Below, piece by piece: positions 24,737 to 37,272 of a DNA stretch of 64,000 bases. The notes beneath the pieces are model-generated. The model had not been told where the DNA came from. It saw only the letters and a program-made list of their open reading frames with translations, and searched no databases. Each line of letters opens with the position of its first letter. Positions within the stretch are counted from its first letter, which is position 1. Source of the DNA: Sminthopsis crassicaudata (lineage: Eukaryota); NCBI RefSeq assembly GCF_048593235.1, contig NC_133618.1:33080478-33144477 (forward strand), written 5' to 3'. The position numbers and the translations under genes were made by a program.

Positions 24737-27412
24737 ATGGCGTCCTATTTTGAGGAGCACGACTGTGAGCCGGGAGTGCCTGAGGAACAGTATCGACAGA
24801 ATGCGCTCCTGGAGTTGGCACGGTACGCGGGGGGGTCATCGCCCGGGGCTGGGCCGGGACGTGACCCCTCCGGAGGGATGAGAGGAAGGGGGCTCTAACC
24901 GGGGGTTCGGGAGGGGCCGTTATCCGGGACTCCGGAGCGTTCGGAGGGGAGCACTATCCGAGGTTCTGGAGGGTTGGGAAGGAGCGTTATTGGGGGTTCT
25001 GGAGGGATGGGAGGGGGGCGTTATCCGGGGTTCTGGAGGGTTGGGAGGAGACATTAACGGGGGTTTTGGAGGGATGGGAGGGGGCCGTTATCGTAGGCTC
25101 CGGGGGGATCCTAGGGATGGGAGGGGGGCTATCAGGGGTTCCGGAGGGATGGGAGGGGGAGCTATCTGGGGATCTGAAGGGATGGGAGGGGGCATTATTC
25201 GGAGCTCTGGAGGATTGGGAGGGGGCGTTATCCGAGGCTCTGGAGGAATGGGAGGGGGAGCTGTCCGGAGTTCCGGAGGGATGGGAGGGGGCATTATTTG
25301 GAGCTCTGGAGGAATGGGAGGGGGGATTATCCGGGGTTCCGGAGGGATGGGAGGGGGGATTATCCGGGGTTCCGGAGGAATGGGAGGGGGGATTATCCGG
25401 GGTTCCGGAGGGATGGGAGGGGGGGCTATCCAAGTCTCAGGAGGGATGGGAGGGGGGGCTATCTGGGGATCTGAAGGGATGGGAGGGGGCATTATTCGGA
25501 GCTCTGGAGGATTGGGAGGGGGCGCTATCCGAGGCTCTGGAGGAATGGGAGGGGGAGCTGTCCAGAGTTCCGGAGGGATGGGAGGGGGGATTACCCAGGG
25601 CTCCGGAGGAATGAGAAGGAGTGCTGTCCGAATTTCAGGAGGGATGGGAGGGGGTGCTGCCCTGGGTTCTGGAGGGATGGGAAGGGGCATTATTCGGGAC
25701 TCTGAGGAAGGGATGATCCATATATTCTTCAGGGGTCCCAGAAGGCTCTTGGGACCAGAGGAGGAAATTATTGAGCCAGTTCCTAGGGGTGACAGGGGCA
25801 CCAAGGAAGCAGTTATTGAAGTAGGAAGTCCTGGGCTAGGACCTTAGAGGCTTTAGAGACATCGGGGCCCTGGAGTTAGAAGTTCTGTGGGTGAGAGTGC
25901 CAAGAAGGAGGGATTATTATTACGGGGATCTAACAGCTCTCTCCCCACCCCCAAATCCTTTTCCCAGGACACTGTTCAATGGGATGGACATTGAGCTGGC
26001 ATCTGCGGACTTCACAGACTGGGACCATCGCCTGCCCCCGCCTGCTGCCAAGAGAGCTGTCCAGAGCCTGCCAAAAGCCATCATCACGGGGGCCCAGGCT
26101 GGTGAGGGGCCTCCTTCCGCCAATCCCTTTCCATTTCCAGCCAGCTTCATTACTTCTGCAGCCAGTGCAGACCCCTCTTCCTCCCCCTCGAATACTCCTG
26201 GCTTTTAGTTGGCTTGGAAGGAAATTTGAATCAAGATTCTCCTGAGTGCAAGGAGAGCAGGCTGCTTTTGAGGCCGCAGTGCTGGAATGGATTTTGGGTG
26301 GGGGGAGAGGCGAGGGCATATGTGGAAGCTAAAAAGAGCTTTTTCCCCAGATAAAGGTCTGAAGTGCCCTGTGTGCCTTCTGGAGTTTGAGGAGGAACAG
26401 ACTGCCTTGGAGATGCCCTGCCAGCACCTCTTCCATTCAGAGTGCATTCTCCCATGGCTGGGCAAGGTACCCGAGATTTCTGCACAATCCATTTCCCCCC
26501 ACCATTTGTTTACTGCACATGTCCATAGAGGAAAGTTTCATTCCTACCCTTCTTGAAATGTCAAGGGTGGAAGCCACAATTATGAGACATGACCCAAAGA
26601 ACTGAAATCAGGGGAGAAAAGTAGAAAAGGAGCCCAGAAGTGTTCACTTGCCTAAGATGCTTCCCCTCTTCTTTTAAACCTCTTAGAATCCCCAGTTTGT
26701 TCCAAGGCTGCCTCCTACATGAGGCTTTTCCTAGTCCTGCCAGTTGCTAATCACTTGGTATTTATTTTTGTGTATAAGGTGTTCCCGTCCAAGCAAGGAC
26801 AGGAATTGTCTTTGTAGCCCAGATACCTGTAGCACAGTGCCTGGCACTTAACACTTATCCAATTGAATGATCACTCCCACTGTTTATTCAGACCAACTCC
26901 TGCCCACTGTGCAGATGTGAGCTGCCCACAGACAATGAAGAGTATGAGGAGTATAAGAAAGATAAGGTAAGAAGAACAGTAGGAGACTCAGGCATTACTG
27001 ACCTGGCCCTTCTGGGCAAGGAGTATTTTACCCATGGGGGGGGGTGGCTACAGAAAGGTCAAAGGACAACCCCAGGCCTGGCCTAAAAATCAAAAGACCT
27101 CTAGTTGATATTTGACTTTGCTACTTTGTGATTGGGTAACCTTAAGTCAACCTGTCCACCATTTTAGACTTTTGACAGATCAGTAGAATCACAGGAGGGG
27201 TTTTATAAGGCTCTGGGTTGTCTTCTCACTGTACCTGTCCTTTAGGACAGACCCTGGGCAGAAGCTGAGTAACCCCCCTCCTCTTTATCTTCTGGAGATC
27301 TCAGTTGAATCAGGTGGGGTTCCCCTCACCGCTTCCTACTTTTCTCCCGTAGGCTCGGCGGCAACAGCAGCAGCATCGGCTTGAATACCTCCATGGAGCC
27401 ATGTATACATGA
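24737..27412 (+). CDS. RNF181: E3 ubiquitin-protein ligase RNF181 (canonical, 156 aa)
   Basis: Exons 24737-24822, 25968-26101, 26351-26466, 26892-26966 and 27353-27412. Protein runs [12 protein letters not shown]...LLELAR/TLFNGM...[11 protein letters not shown]...[21 protein letters not shown].../[25 protein letters not shown] at 27453-27458. Confidence 0.96.
24900..25710 (+). repeat. G-rich 33-bp minisatellite (about 22 units) in RNF181 intron 1
   Basis: Unit ggagggatgggaggggggattatccggggttcc. It generates the spurious ([11 protein letters not shown])n and ([10 protein letters not shown])n ORFs. Confidence 0.92.
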
Positions 27413-28447
27413 TGGGCTTCTTTTTTCCCTCCCAACATTTTTCCTCATGTCAATTAAACTGTTTCCTCACCCTGGACAGCAGCACCTTTGCCTGAAAGGA
27501 TCTGTGCTCTGGGCAGCGGGACACACTGCTTTCACACTCCCACCTCTGCTAATGGTGGGAGAGGTGGGATGCAGTGGTGGACTCTGGAGAGCTGGCTCCC
27601 ATTGGGAAGATTCAGCCCAGATGGGAGAAGATAAAGTCCCCGGTTAAAGGGCAGTCCCAGGGGAACCTAGTCCAAGTCATGAATCCCCAGAGAAGGGTAA
27701 GGAAAAGAGCCTTATTCCCTGCCAGATAAGCTCAGAGTAGGAAATAGTGTCCTTAAGGAATCAGTGGGAGGCAATCCACTTAGGGGGCAAACCTTCACAA
27801 ACAGCCACTTCAGACAGGGATGTGGTCTCATCCTGGGTACCCCAATCTGAACAAAATGCCGGCGAGGAGTAACGGAGTGGGGACAGGACCTCACTCTACT
27901 TCTGAATTGCTCAAATTAGACTTTTCCTGACCTAAATCTGCCTCCCCAACTTCCTGCCATTGTTCCCAGCTCTGCCCCCCCAGCCCTCTAGTCACTTCTC
28001 CACATTGGAGACACCCCTCTTGTGTCCCCATTGTTCCCTCCGCTCCTTCAGTTTAGCAACAACCTTCCTAAAGTGTGACATTCTGGTTTCTCCTCATTTT
28101 TTGGATCCCAGGAAAGCCCTTCCCACAGCTAGACACTCTGGTTCTTCAAGATAGATGGCCAGACAATCAAGAGTTAGATTTTTAATCGATATAAAAAAGT
28201 ACTAAAATATCCGTGATTCTGCTGGGTTATTTGCCCTAAGGGAAGCAGGGAGGAACAAAGGGAAGGAAGTCTGAGCAGATGGAAGCTGGGGGCGGGGGCT
28301 CCACTAGCTGCCTCCTTCCTATATACCCTTTGCTGTCCCAGCCCCCAGAATTCCTGCAGAAAGACTCCAGTGGCCTGGCTTCAGAACCAGTGGGGAGCAG
28401 AAGGCACCTTAAGGGCTGGATTGGTGAATAGATGAGGATAGGGAGTG

Positions 28448-28482
<35 letters not shown>

Positions 28483-28783
28483 AAAAAAAACACTGAAAAT
28501 AAGAATGCTGGGATTGAGCAGACTTAGTGTTAGCTCCCAGGCAGCCAGCAGGAGTCGCTGCTCTTCAGCCCCCAGGCAGCCAGCAGGAGTCGCTGCTCTT
28601 CATGGCACAGGTGTCAAGTTGAGGACAGGATGGGGGGGGTCCTCCAAAGGGAGGATGCACCCCATCAGTAATACTTTTTTCTTAAAAAAAAAAAATCTTT
28701 TTGGTACAAAAGAAACTCAAGGAAGCTGGAGGCCTGGGACCAGTAGGGGGCCTCAGCTGTCCCCCACTGACCTCCCTCCTCGC

Positions 28784-30344
28784 TTAGATCATGGCAATAC
28801 TCTCTGGTGTACAGTTGAGGTGAGTGGAGGTGCTGCTGCTCCCTGGAGACTTGCAGGCTCTGCTAGGGGCTGGCTGGAAGGCTGCCACCAATGTGTCTGT
28901 GGACACTGCCCCGAACTCGTAGCTGAAAGTGCCGTAGAAAACAAGGATGTCGATGACGAAGACCCATTCAGACAGGGCGGCCACATGCTGGAGCTGCGAG
29001 CTTTCATGAATGAAGAAGATACCACCTGTAGCAGAGGCTAAGGAATCCAACTAGCAGATGGGGACGGCCCTGACCCCTCCCTGACGACCTTTGGGCTACA
29101 GAAGGGGAAAAGAGAATCCCATGCCCAGAAGCCACAAGCAGCCCACCTGGGTGAACCACTGAAGCCCTTTCTTCAGCACCACTTGCCTCATCTCTACTAA
29201 TGACAAAATACCATCTGCCCGCCAGAATTGTTGGGGTGATCCCCCAAGGCCTCTGCAAACTGGCCACCTAATCTCTGGGATTGCCCTCCGTCTTCGAGGA
29301 TCGACCCCACAAAGGATACTGAGAACCAGGGCCACAAAGGCAATAATGGCGAGCACAGCACGGAAGTGGGCCATGGCGAAGTCCAGGGGAGCAGCAGCAC
29401 CATGGTAGGAGAGAGCACAGTGGAGACAGACGAAGAGGAGGCCCGCTGGGAAGGCGATTCCTGCCCCGATGTAGTGCAAAGACTTGGCGTGATCCACCTG
29501 GGCAGTGTAGACAAAGTGCTGACCAAAGCCACCCCGCCTCACCAACCCCCGGGCACGTTCACTATCCTGGCCAGAGATGGATCCGCCCCCCCTAACCCCG
29601 GGGTTTCGAGGATGGTTGGGGTCAGCAGGTGGGGCCAATGCTCAGAGAACAGTCTCACCTGGAAGTTGCCAACTACCACCAGGCCAGCAGCATTGAAGCA
29701 GCCCGTGATGAGAGCCATGGTGTTAACCCAGGACCGGTGACTCTGCTCCAGCAGCTGCCCATAGCGGAGAAGGCAGACCAAGGCCACTGTGGAAGAGAAT
29801 GGAAGGGGCTCTGAGGGACAGAGCAGCTATCTCTTAAGCACTGACTGTGCCTACGGGTTCTGAGATACAGAGCCTACTCCCAAAGGAATACAGGGCTCCT
29901 TCCACCAGATATAAGCGGGGAACATGGTGCCTCAGAGAGGGGAACACTGCCCCTGGGCCCCTAAGGGAGGGTTCAGGCCAGACCCTATCCAGGAGGTGGG
30001 AGCAGAAGCCCCAAGTCCAGCCAGGGGTTCCCCAACTTGGAGGCTTTTTAGATAGGTCTGCAGTAGAGTAGATAGTTGATGATAAACCCTTGATTGAGTA
30101 GTTGATAATAAACCCTTTCTTGGACTTAAGTCAGGCTGGAAGTAAAGGATCAGACAAACAGAGTCGGCCTTTAGCCTTTGTGGAATAAAAGGAAAACTTC
30201 CCTCCCCCTCCCGCCAGTGCATTTCTTCTTCACAAGCCTGAGCTACAGTTCAGATCACCTGATGGTGACCAAAGTAGCAGCAGATGTGGCCTAGAATGGC
30301 TCCCTCGGGACAAGGGGTCTGGGGCCAGGCCCTTCCTCACATGC

Positions 30345-30376
<32 letters not shown>

Positions 30377-31810
30377 TTAGTGGGGACCCAGAGAGGAAAA
30401 GAGGGGTCACAGATGGATGGGAAAGGAATGCAAAGGAGGCACTTACCCATGAAAGCGCCCACGTTGCCTATGAGGCTGAAGAGGCAGCTCTCAGGGGGGT
30501 ATGTGCCACATTTACTGGAAAAGGGGAATAAGGCAAGGGGGGAGTCAAAGGCAGTCAGCACAGGCAGGTGAGCTTCCCCACCCCGTCTCCCATTATCCGG
30601 GCAGGTGACTCCTCTCAATGATCTGAGGGCCCTGGGAAAGCTGGGACAAAGGGGAGGGCTCGTGCTAAAGGCAGGCCGGGGCTGGGCAGGTAGTCTTCTC
30701 AGAGGCTCCGACACTGCTTGGGACTTGATGGCACTGGAGGCTGTGGCGGGCACACAAGGAGGGGCACTTCCGGGCCTGTACCCTGCCCCCCTTAGGGGCC
30801 TCACCTGATCAGGGGGATGTCCTCCAGAGTGCAGCAGCTCTTGGGACCACCCTGTATGTTGGGGTCGGTGGAGCAGGACTCGTTGTAGGACCTGGGAGGG
30901 AGGTGGGACAGGGAGCAGACTGGGGCAAAGTGGATTCTCTGCAGCCCACCTCCTTCACCTGGGGCCTTCTCCAGGCCCTCCCCCAAAGAGCCCTCCCTCA
31001 CCAAAAGCAGAGAAGAGTCCCTTTCTCTCCACTATCCTTGAGATAGAAATCAGTAGGGAAAAAGGGCCTCGAAAGGAAGAAGGGGGATTTGGTGGGAGAC
31101 AGGGAAGGTAGGCAAGATGCCATGCCTGGGGAAAGGGTGGGTGATGCCAAAATCAGAGCACAGCAGTAAGGCCCAGGGTCGCCATCTGACTGCTGCCAGC
31201 CCCTGAGCCCAAAAAAGGAGCAGAGATGGAGGAAGCCTTTAGAAGGAGGGTGCCAGGACTGTTCTCCATACCAGTTCTCCACAGGACACACATGGTGGTT
31301 CATCACTGCCATGGCATACCTGCAAGGGCAGAGGGCATCACTCGCGCCGTTCCCCACCTCTGTACCTGTCAGACCCCGCCATCCGTCCAGCTCCCTCATC
31401 TGGAGTCAGATGCCATGGGGAGTGATCCCCAAGCCACGGGTCCCTGTTCTCCCACCTAGTCCCGCCTAGTGCCACTGGTGTCACTTGGTCCCAAGAGTGG
31501 TGGGTCGTTGGGACTTTGTGCCCATGCATGAGGCCAGGCTACGGGAGACGCCCGAGCGGTCCTGAGTCCCAGCACCAGAGTCTACAGCGGGACAAGGGAC
31601 CTCGTGTGTGGGAGCAAGCTGTTCTGTCCTGCCCGACTCTGTTCCTCCCTGGCCCATCTCCCCCTTCCCCCGGCCAGCCTCCTCTCTCCCACTCGTGTCT
31701 GTCCTCCTCCTCCCCTCCCCCTCGCTTCTCCCTCCCGGTACTCACACAATCCATATGCCAGTGATGGAGAAAGCTGAGAGGCTGACAGGGAGGATGACCC
31801 AGGCGGTCAT
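28784..31810 (-). CDS. TMEM150A: Transmembrane protein 150A (DRAM/TMEM150 family, 271 aa)
   Basis: Coding exons 31810-31746, 31319-31272, 30891-30805, 30514-30447, 29786-29659, 29497-29320 and 29025-28784 (816 nt total, all GT-AG). Protein runs [20 protein letters not shown]...[11 protein letters not shown]. Non-coding exon donor at 32574; ATTAAA on the minus strand at 28181-28186. Confidence 0.96.
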
Positions 31811-31999
31811 GAGGGAGGGGAGCCAGGGTGGGGAAGGGGAGGGGGGGCAGGATCGGAAGTGGGTGAAGCAGGGGGCCCAGCTACTTCAGGACACTTGGAC
31901 CACAAGCATCAGCCTGGGGGAGAGAAGGATGAAGTAGGTCAAGGGACTGTGCCGGAACAGCAGGTGGGGGGGTAGCCTGGCCAACGGAACAGGCTGAGC

Positions 32000-33000
32000 C
32001 TCCGGGATGAGCCGAGCCCACATACTGTGCACGTTCCTCCGGGCATCCCGCACCTCCCCCAAGTGCCCCCCACTCCTAACGGGCCCGGCCGGCCGGCCGC
32101 CACAGCTGGAAACGGCCCCGCTTTGGGGTCAAGGCCACCCGGGCCAGCGGACCGGGCCGGCGGGCGGCGAGGGGGCCCCGCTAACAAAGGCCGGGCAGGC
32201 CCGGGCCGGGGGCCAGTCAGGTGGGGACCAGCGGCGGGATGGGGGTGGCGGGCGGCGGGGGCGGGCACTGCGAGGGAGCCCGCCTTTCGCACCCCAGCCA
32301 GAAGCTCGGCCTGCCCGCTGGCCGTGGGACCCCCGGGTCCGGGCCGAGCGCGCGGCCCCCAAGCAAAGTTCCTCGGCGTCGGGACCTCCCCGGGCTCCGG
32401 GAGCCAGCCGCTCTGCGGGGAGCCGGGCTGCTCCCCCAAGCGCATGGGAAGGGAGGACCAGGGCAGGAGGAGGGCTGAGCCGGGCTGAGGAGTTGGGACC
32501 GAAGCTGGGCATCTCCCCTGGGCGGGCGGGCGGGCGGACCGAGCTCGGGCTCCCCACCCCCCAGTCCCCTTACCGGCCGCCGGACCCCCCAAGCGCAGCT
32601 CTCAGCCGCCGTCCCTTTGAACAGCCCTTTAAAGGATTTAAAGAGCCGGGGCCGGTCCCTCCTCTGCCCTCCCCTTCCCTCCCCTCCCCGCCCCTCTGAC
32701 CAGAGCCGTCGCCGCACCGCCCGATGGGACCTGGAGTCCTCCTGCTGGCAGGCGCGGGGGGCGGGGGGCGGCCCCGGACTACAAGTCCCGGCACCCCCCA
32801 GGCCGGGGAGGTGCCGCTGGGGGCGGGCGGCCCGGCCGCCCCCGCACAATGGCTTTGGTGGGCCGCCCCCCGCGGCGTGGGACTGGCCGGCCCGAAGGAC
32901 CCGAGCTAGGAAACGCCTGGGGAGGAGGGGGTGGGACAGGACGCTTCCTCCAGGCAGCCAGAGCTCGGGCAGAGGTCCAGGTGCAGTCCCAGTCCTTCCT
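32000..33000 (-). promoter_or_regulatory. TMEM150A CpG island and 5' non-coding exon; ZNF143/THAP11-type motif ACTACAAGTCCCG at 32778-32790
   Basis: Very CpG-rich. Exact match to ACTAYRNNNCCCR; several GC boxes. Confidence 0.7.
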
Positions 33001-36000
33001 TGGCCAGTCCCGGGGCCTCCCATTCCACTGGAGATCCCCTGGAGGCTGCATCTGTGGCTGGAAGGGATCTCAGCGGCCGTGTGGTCTTAATCTATTTTAC
33101 AGACGAGGGAACTGAGGGACGAGGTAAATGACTTGTCCAAGATCACCCAGATAGTAAGGCAGAGAGATGGTTTTTGAATCCAAACTCTGTGGCTCTGAGG
33201 CGGAAGACTTCAATCCCACTTTTGTCAAAGGCGGCTTCGGACTAGATGCTCCCCGAAGGCATGGATCCGTTTAGATCTGTAGAGGACGGGTCATGGGGCA
33301 CTGCTATCTCAGATAAAGAGACTGAGGTACGCCTTCGGGCTGGGAGGGTGTGGGAATATGTGGAGGAGAGGCTCCCCGGATTGTCCGCCGGGGCCTTCCT
33401 GGAGGCCTTGGACTAGACCTGCCTTCTATTCCCACCCCGGTGCTTGCTAGCTGTGTGATCCCGGCCAAAGCGCTGTCCTGTTCTCCTTAGTCCTTCCCAG
33501 TCACCTTTCAGTGATGGCCAACTGGGAACATTGTCCAACAGCTTAGGCCCTGTCATTTCCCTGCTGCCTGCCTCAGTTTCCTCAAAGGTATCTCAGAATA
33601 ATAATGGCACCCACCACGGAAGCTTGTGAGAATCAGATGAGGTAATATTTCCAAACTGCTTGACCTAGCACATAGTAGGCACTCAACAGATGCTTCTTCC
33701 CCCTCCCCCCAAGCTGCATAGATGTCTTGGGCCCTGGGGATTCTCCAAATGCTGACATGCTCACCCCTGTTAAGGTCCCCCTGTCTTCTCCGGTGACATC
33801 TGAGGTTACAAGTGTCCTCCAGGGAGAACCTGGAGCCACGGCCTGTGCTCAGATTTCCCTCATGGAGCTGGGCATGTACCTGAACCTGCTGGAAGGCTTG
33901 CCGGAGTGTGGCGGTGATTCAGCATATTGGAGTTTTATTTTTAAACATCCATGCGGTGTGGTGTGTGGCAGGGCTGGCAAGATGAAGACCGTGGGCAGGG
34001 CCCTACCTGCCAGCGGCTTGCCCTCCATACATACAAAGATTGGCAAGTCTGGTCTCCTCTGTTAACTTGACTTCATGTTGTGATTCAGTCCCAGGCTGAC
34101 TTTTCATGGCTCCATTTGGGATTTTCTTGGCAAAGACACTGGAGCATTTTACCGTCTCCTTGGGCTCATCTTACAGATGAGGAAATTGAGGCAATTAGGA
34201 TGACTGTGACTTGCCCAGCGTCACAGGGTTCAAATGAGGCTACATTTGAATTCAGGTCTTGATTCCTGGCCCACTCTATCCACCGGAAGTATCCTGGGAT
34301 ACTTTGATAATCCAGCTAATTGTTGAATTCAGTCATTCTGTGGGAGGAAGAGGGGCCCCAGAAGAATCTTGAGGAAAGAATCTGAAAAGTTAGGTGTTCC
34401 TCAAGGTTCTCTCGGTGACTGAGTGGAGATGTTTGTCCACTGGAAGTGATGGAAGAGGATGAGTGGGGGTCGTGTAGACATCAGATGATGGTAGGCTCTA
34501 AAAGTTGGGGTTCAGTCACCCAAAGAATTCACACCGGCCCTTCTCTTTGGCAGATTAGGGGAATAGGTTACAAAGGGAAGGGATACAATAGACACCAGGA
34601 ATGGAGAGAACATATGAAAGACAAGTTCCTCAGTGGAACTCAATAGAAAGGGAGCACCCCATGAGGTGGGACGGGCCCTCAGCTGGCAGGCTAACTCCTA
34701 AAAAGGACTTAGCACCCCGAAAGAGTTAGTTATGGCCAGGAGGAGAAGTGGGGTTGGGAAACATAGTGGAGTGAGTCCCACGTGGCAGGATATCACGGGG
34801 AAGAGGAAGTGAAAAGATACCATGAAGCAGAGTACAGTTGCAAACGGACCAAAGGCAGCAGCCGCCATAGGGATGGCCCTGAAAGTAGCTTGTTTAGGGC
34901 AATTTAACCTCAGGGACATGACTGGGATTTCTGACAGGGCACAGCAAGGTGAGACTGGTTGAGACCACTCCAGAGGGGGCGTTTCTGGGGTTTGATATAA
35001 CTTGGATTTCTGACTGGACAACTTCTCCGGAGGGTAGGAGAGGGAGCTAAACTAATCTCTATCAGTGCCTTTTCCCAGCCTGCCCCAGGGATTAATCTTT
35101 ATCTATTCCTCTACTAACCACACCTAACACTGAGAATCTCACCTGTCAGGCTGGAAGATATTATTCCCAGGCCCTTTTGATTTAGGAAGGTGATTGAGCT
35201 CCCACCTTTTACCGATGAAACTAAACTCTCCAGAGCTTGTGATTTGGCTGTGAACAAGGAGCAAACTCGGTTCTCCTGACTCCAGGTGCCAGTCCTATCT
35301 ACTGCCCCATCCAGCCTTTCTATTTCTTCCACTAGCTTCCTCCTAGATTTCCAAACTATTCCCCTTCCCGGAGGCAATCAGGTTAAGTGACTTGCCCAGA
35401 GTCACAAAGTGTCAGGGGTGGAATGTGAAATCCTGACTCCAGGACTGGTGTTCTAGCCATTGCACCCTCTAGTTGCCCCAGAACTATTTTAAAAAAAAGG
35501 AATTTGGTAAATAATATATAAAATATATTTTTAAAAATCATCTTTTTCTTTCTTGTCCAGTCTTCATCAGAAAATCTGGGTGTCTCTTGATCTGATTTTT
35601 CTTGTGCAACCAGATAACTGTGTAAATATGTATACACATATCATATCTAACATGTATTTCAACATATTTAACGAGTCTTGGACTACCTGTCAGATGGAAG
35701 AGGGGATGGGGAAGGAGGGAAAAATTGGCAACAAAAGGTTATATAAGGGTCAATGTTGGAAAAATTACCCATGCATATGCTTTGTAAATAAAAAGCTTTA
35801 ATAAAAACAAACAAACACTCTGGGTCTCAAGGTATCATAGTGTTTAGCTGCTCAATTAGAGACCATATGGAGAAGCTGCCAGATTGAAAATGTTCTAGTG
35901 AAAGCGGAACAGGAAAAGGATCAGATAAAGGCCCAGGATTTAGCAGAAACCTCGAGGAAGACCAGCAAGCAGCAGGGAGAGGGAGCCAAGGGGACTGGGA

Positions 36001-37164
36001 CTAATTCCAATCCAAACAGGGATGATATTCATACAAAGGTTGAGAGATAGGGACTGAACTTTTGATTTCAAAGGTATATATATATATATACACAGACATA
36101 TACATATATATACGTATATATATACACACACACACACACACAGAGTAAAATTCTGGAAAGGAAATTCCTTCTTTCAGTGGAGGCTCCTTTCTAACACCTG
36201 GTTTTAGAGAATTGCCAAGAATACTGAGAGATTAAGGGATTTGTCCAGGGTCACACAGCCAGCACTTTATAGAACTCAGATCTAAGGCCAACTCCCTACC
36301 TCTTAAGGACACAGATAAAGTAGTTAAAACCAGCAAAATGAGATCTGGTCTTTTAACTCTTGGTTTCATCTGTTGTAGATTGCTAATCAGGCTTGAGTGA
36401 ATGGCTGTGGTTGATACTTAACACAAAAGAAGTTGTCATCTAAATCTCTGAAGGAGAGGGCCTACTGGGAGAGGGAGGATCACCCCAAGGGTATTTGGAA
36501 CCCAATTGTCCCAATGAAACTTAGGAAGGTCTCTGAAGGGATTCTTCAACAAACTTGAGCATACATATTCAGAGATGTATTTGGAAATGAACAAATACCA
36601 GCCATATTCTTGAAGCAGTGTCTAGAGAAAGAATACTAATAATGTGAAGGGAGATGGAAATGCCCCAAGATCCTCTAGGAGGTTTCTCTTAAAGGAAGCA
36701 AAAATCTGGAGGGAGCATTTAAGGAGCAATCGCTATTGGAACAGAATGAATGGATATGAAAGGAAGGAAAAAGCAGGGTGGAAACCATACTATTGAAGAC
36801 CTTTCATGCTAGACTGAGGCTTCTGTATGAGATTTGAGAGGCAACAAGGAACCGCTGACCACTTTTGAGTCCAGATCAGATCTCCAAGGGAAGCAGAGTG
36901 GCAGCCGTGTGGCAGACAGGTTGGAGATTGGAGAGATGGCATGTAAAATGGGGTCCATATTGAGGGTGAGGGAATGAGGGGAGAGGGCTTTTGTGTGTCT
37001 CAGGGGACACAGAAATGAGAGCCAGGTAAGTTAAAGATCACTCCAAGAATGAAAACCAGGCTGGGTGACTGGAAAGGTAAAGAAAGGCTCCCTGACAGGG
37101 ACCTGTGTCATACCTGAAACTTGTTTCTCACCCAAGCACAGGACCCTGTATAGCATGTGTTTTC

Positions 37165-37272
37165 TCTCTCTCCCTCTCCCTCCCCTCCTCCTCTCCCTCC
37201 TCCTCTCCCTCCCCCTCTCCCTCCCCCTCTCCCTCCCCCTCTTCCTCCCCCTTTCCCTCCCCCTCCCCCCTT
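37165..37272. repeat. Polypyrimidine (CCCTCT/CCTCT)n low-complexity tract
   Basis: Direct reading. Confidence 0.85.

Noticed and set aside
24990-25847. 285-aa Gly-rich ORF (+) and 238-aa Pro-rich ORF (-) that look like loricrin or extensin proteins
   Set aside because: They are translations of the 33-bp intronic minisatellite in RNF181 intron 1. There is no splice, polyA or codon evidence for an independent gene.
31939-33131. Many long overlapping Pro/Gly/Arg-rich ORFs
   Set aside because: Expected stop-codon depletion in the TMEM150A CpG island; no recognisable domain.
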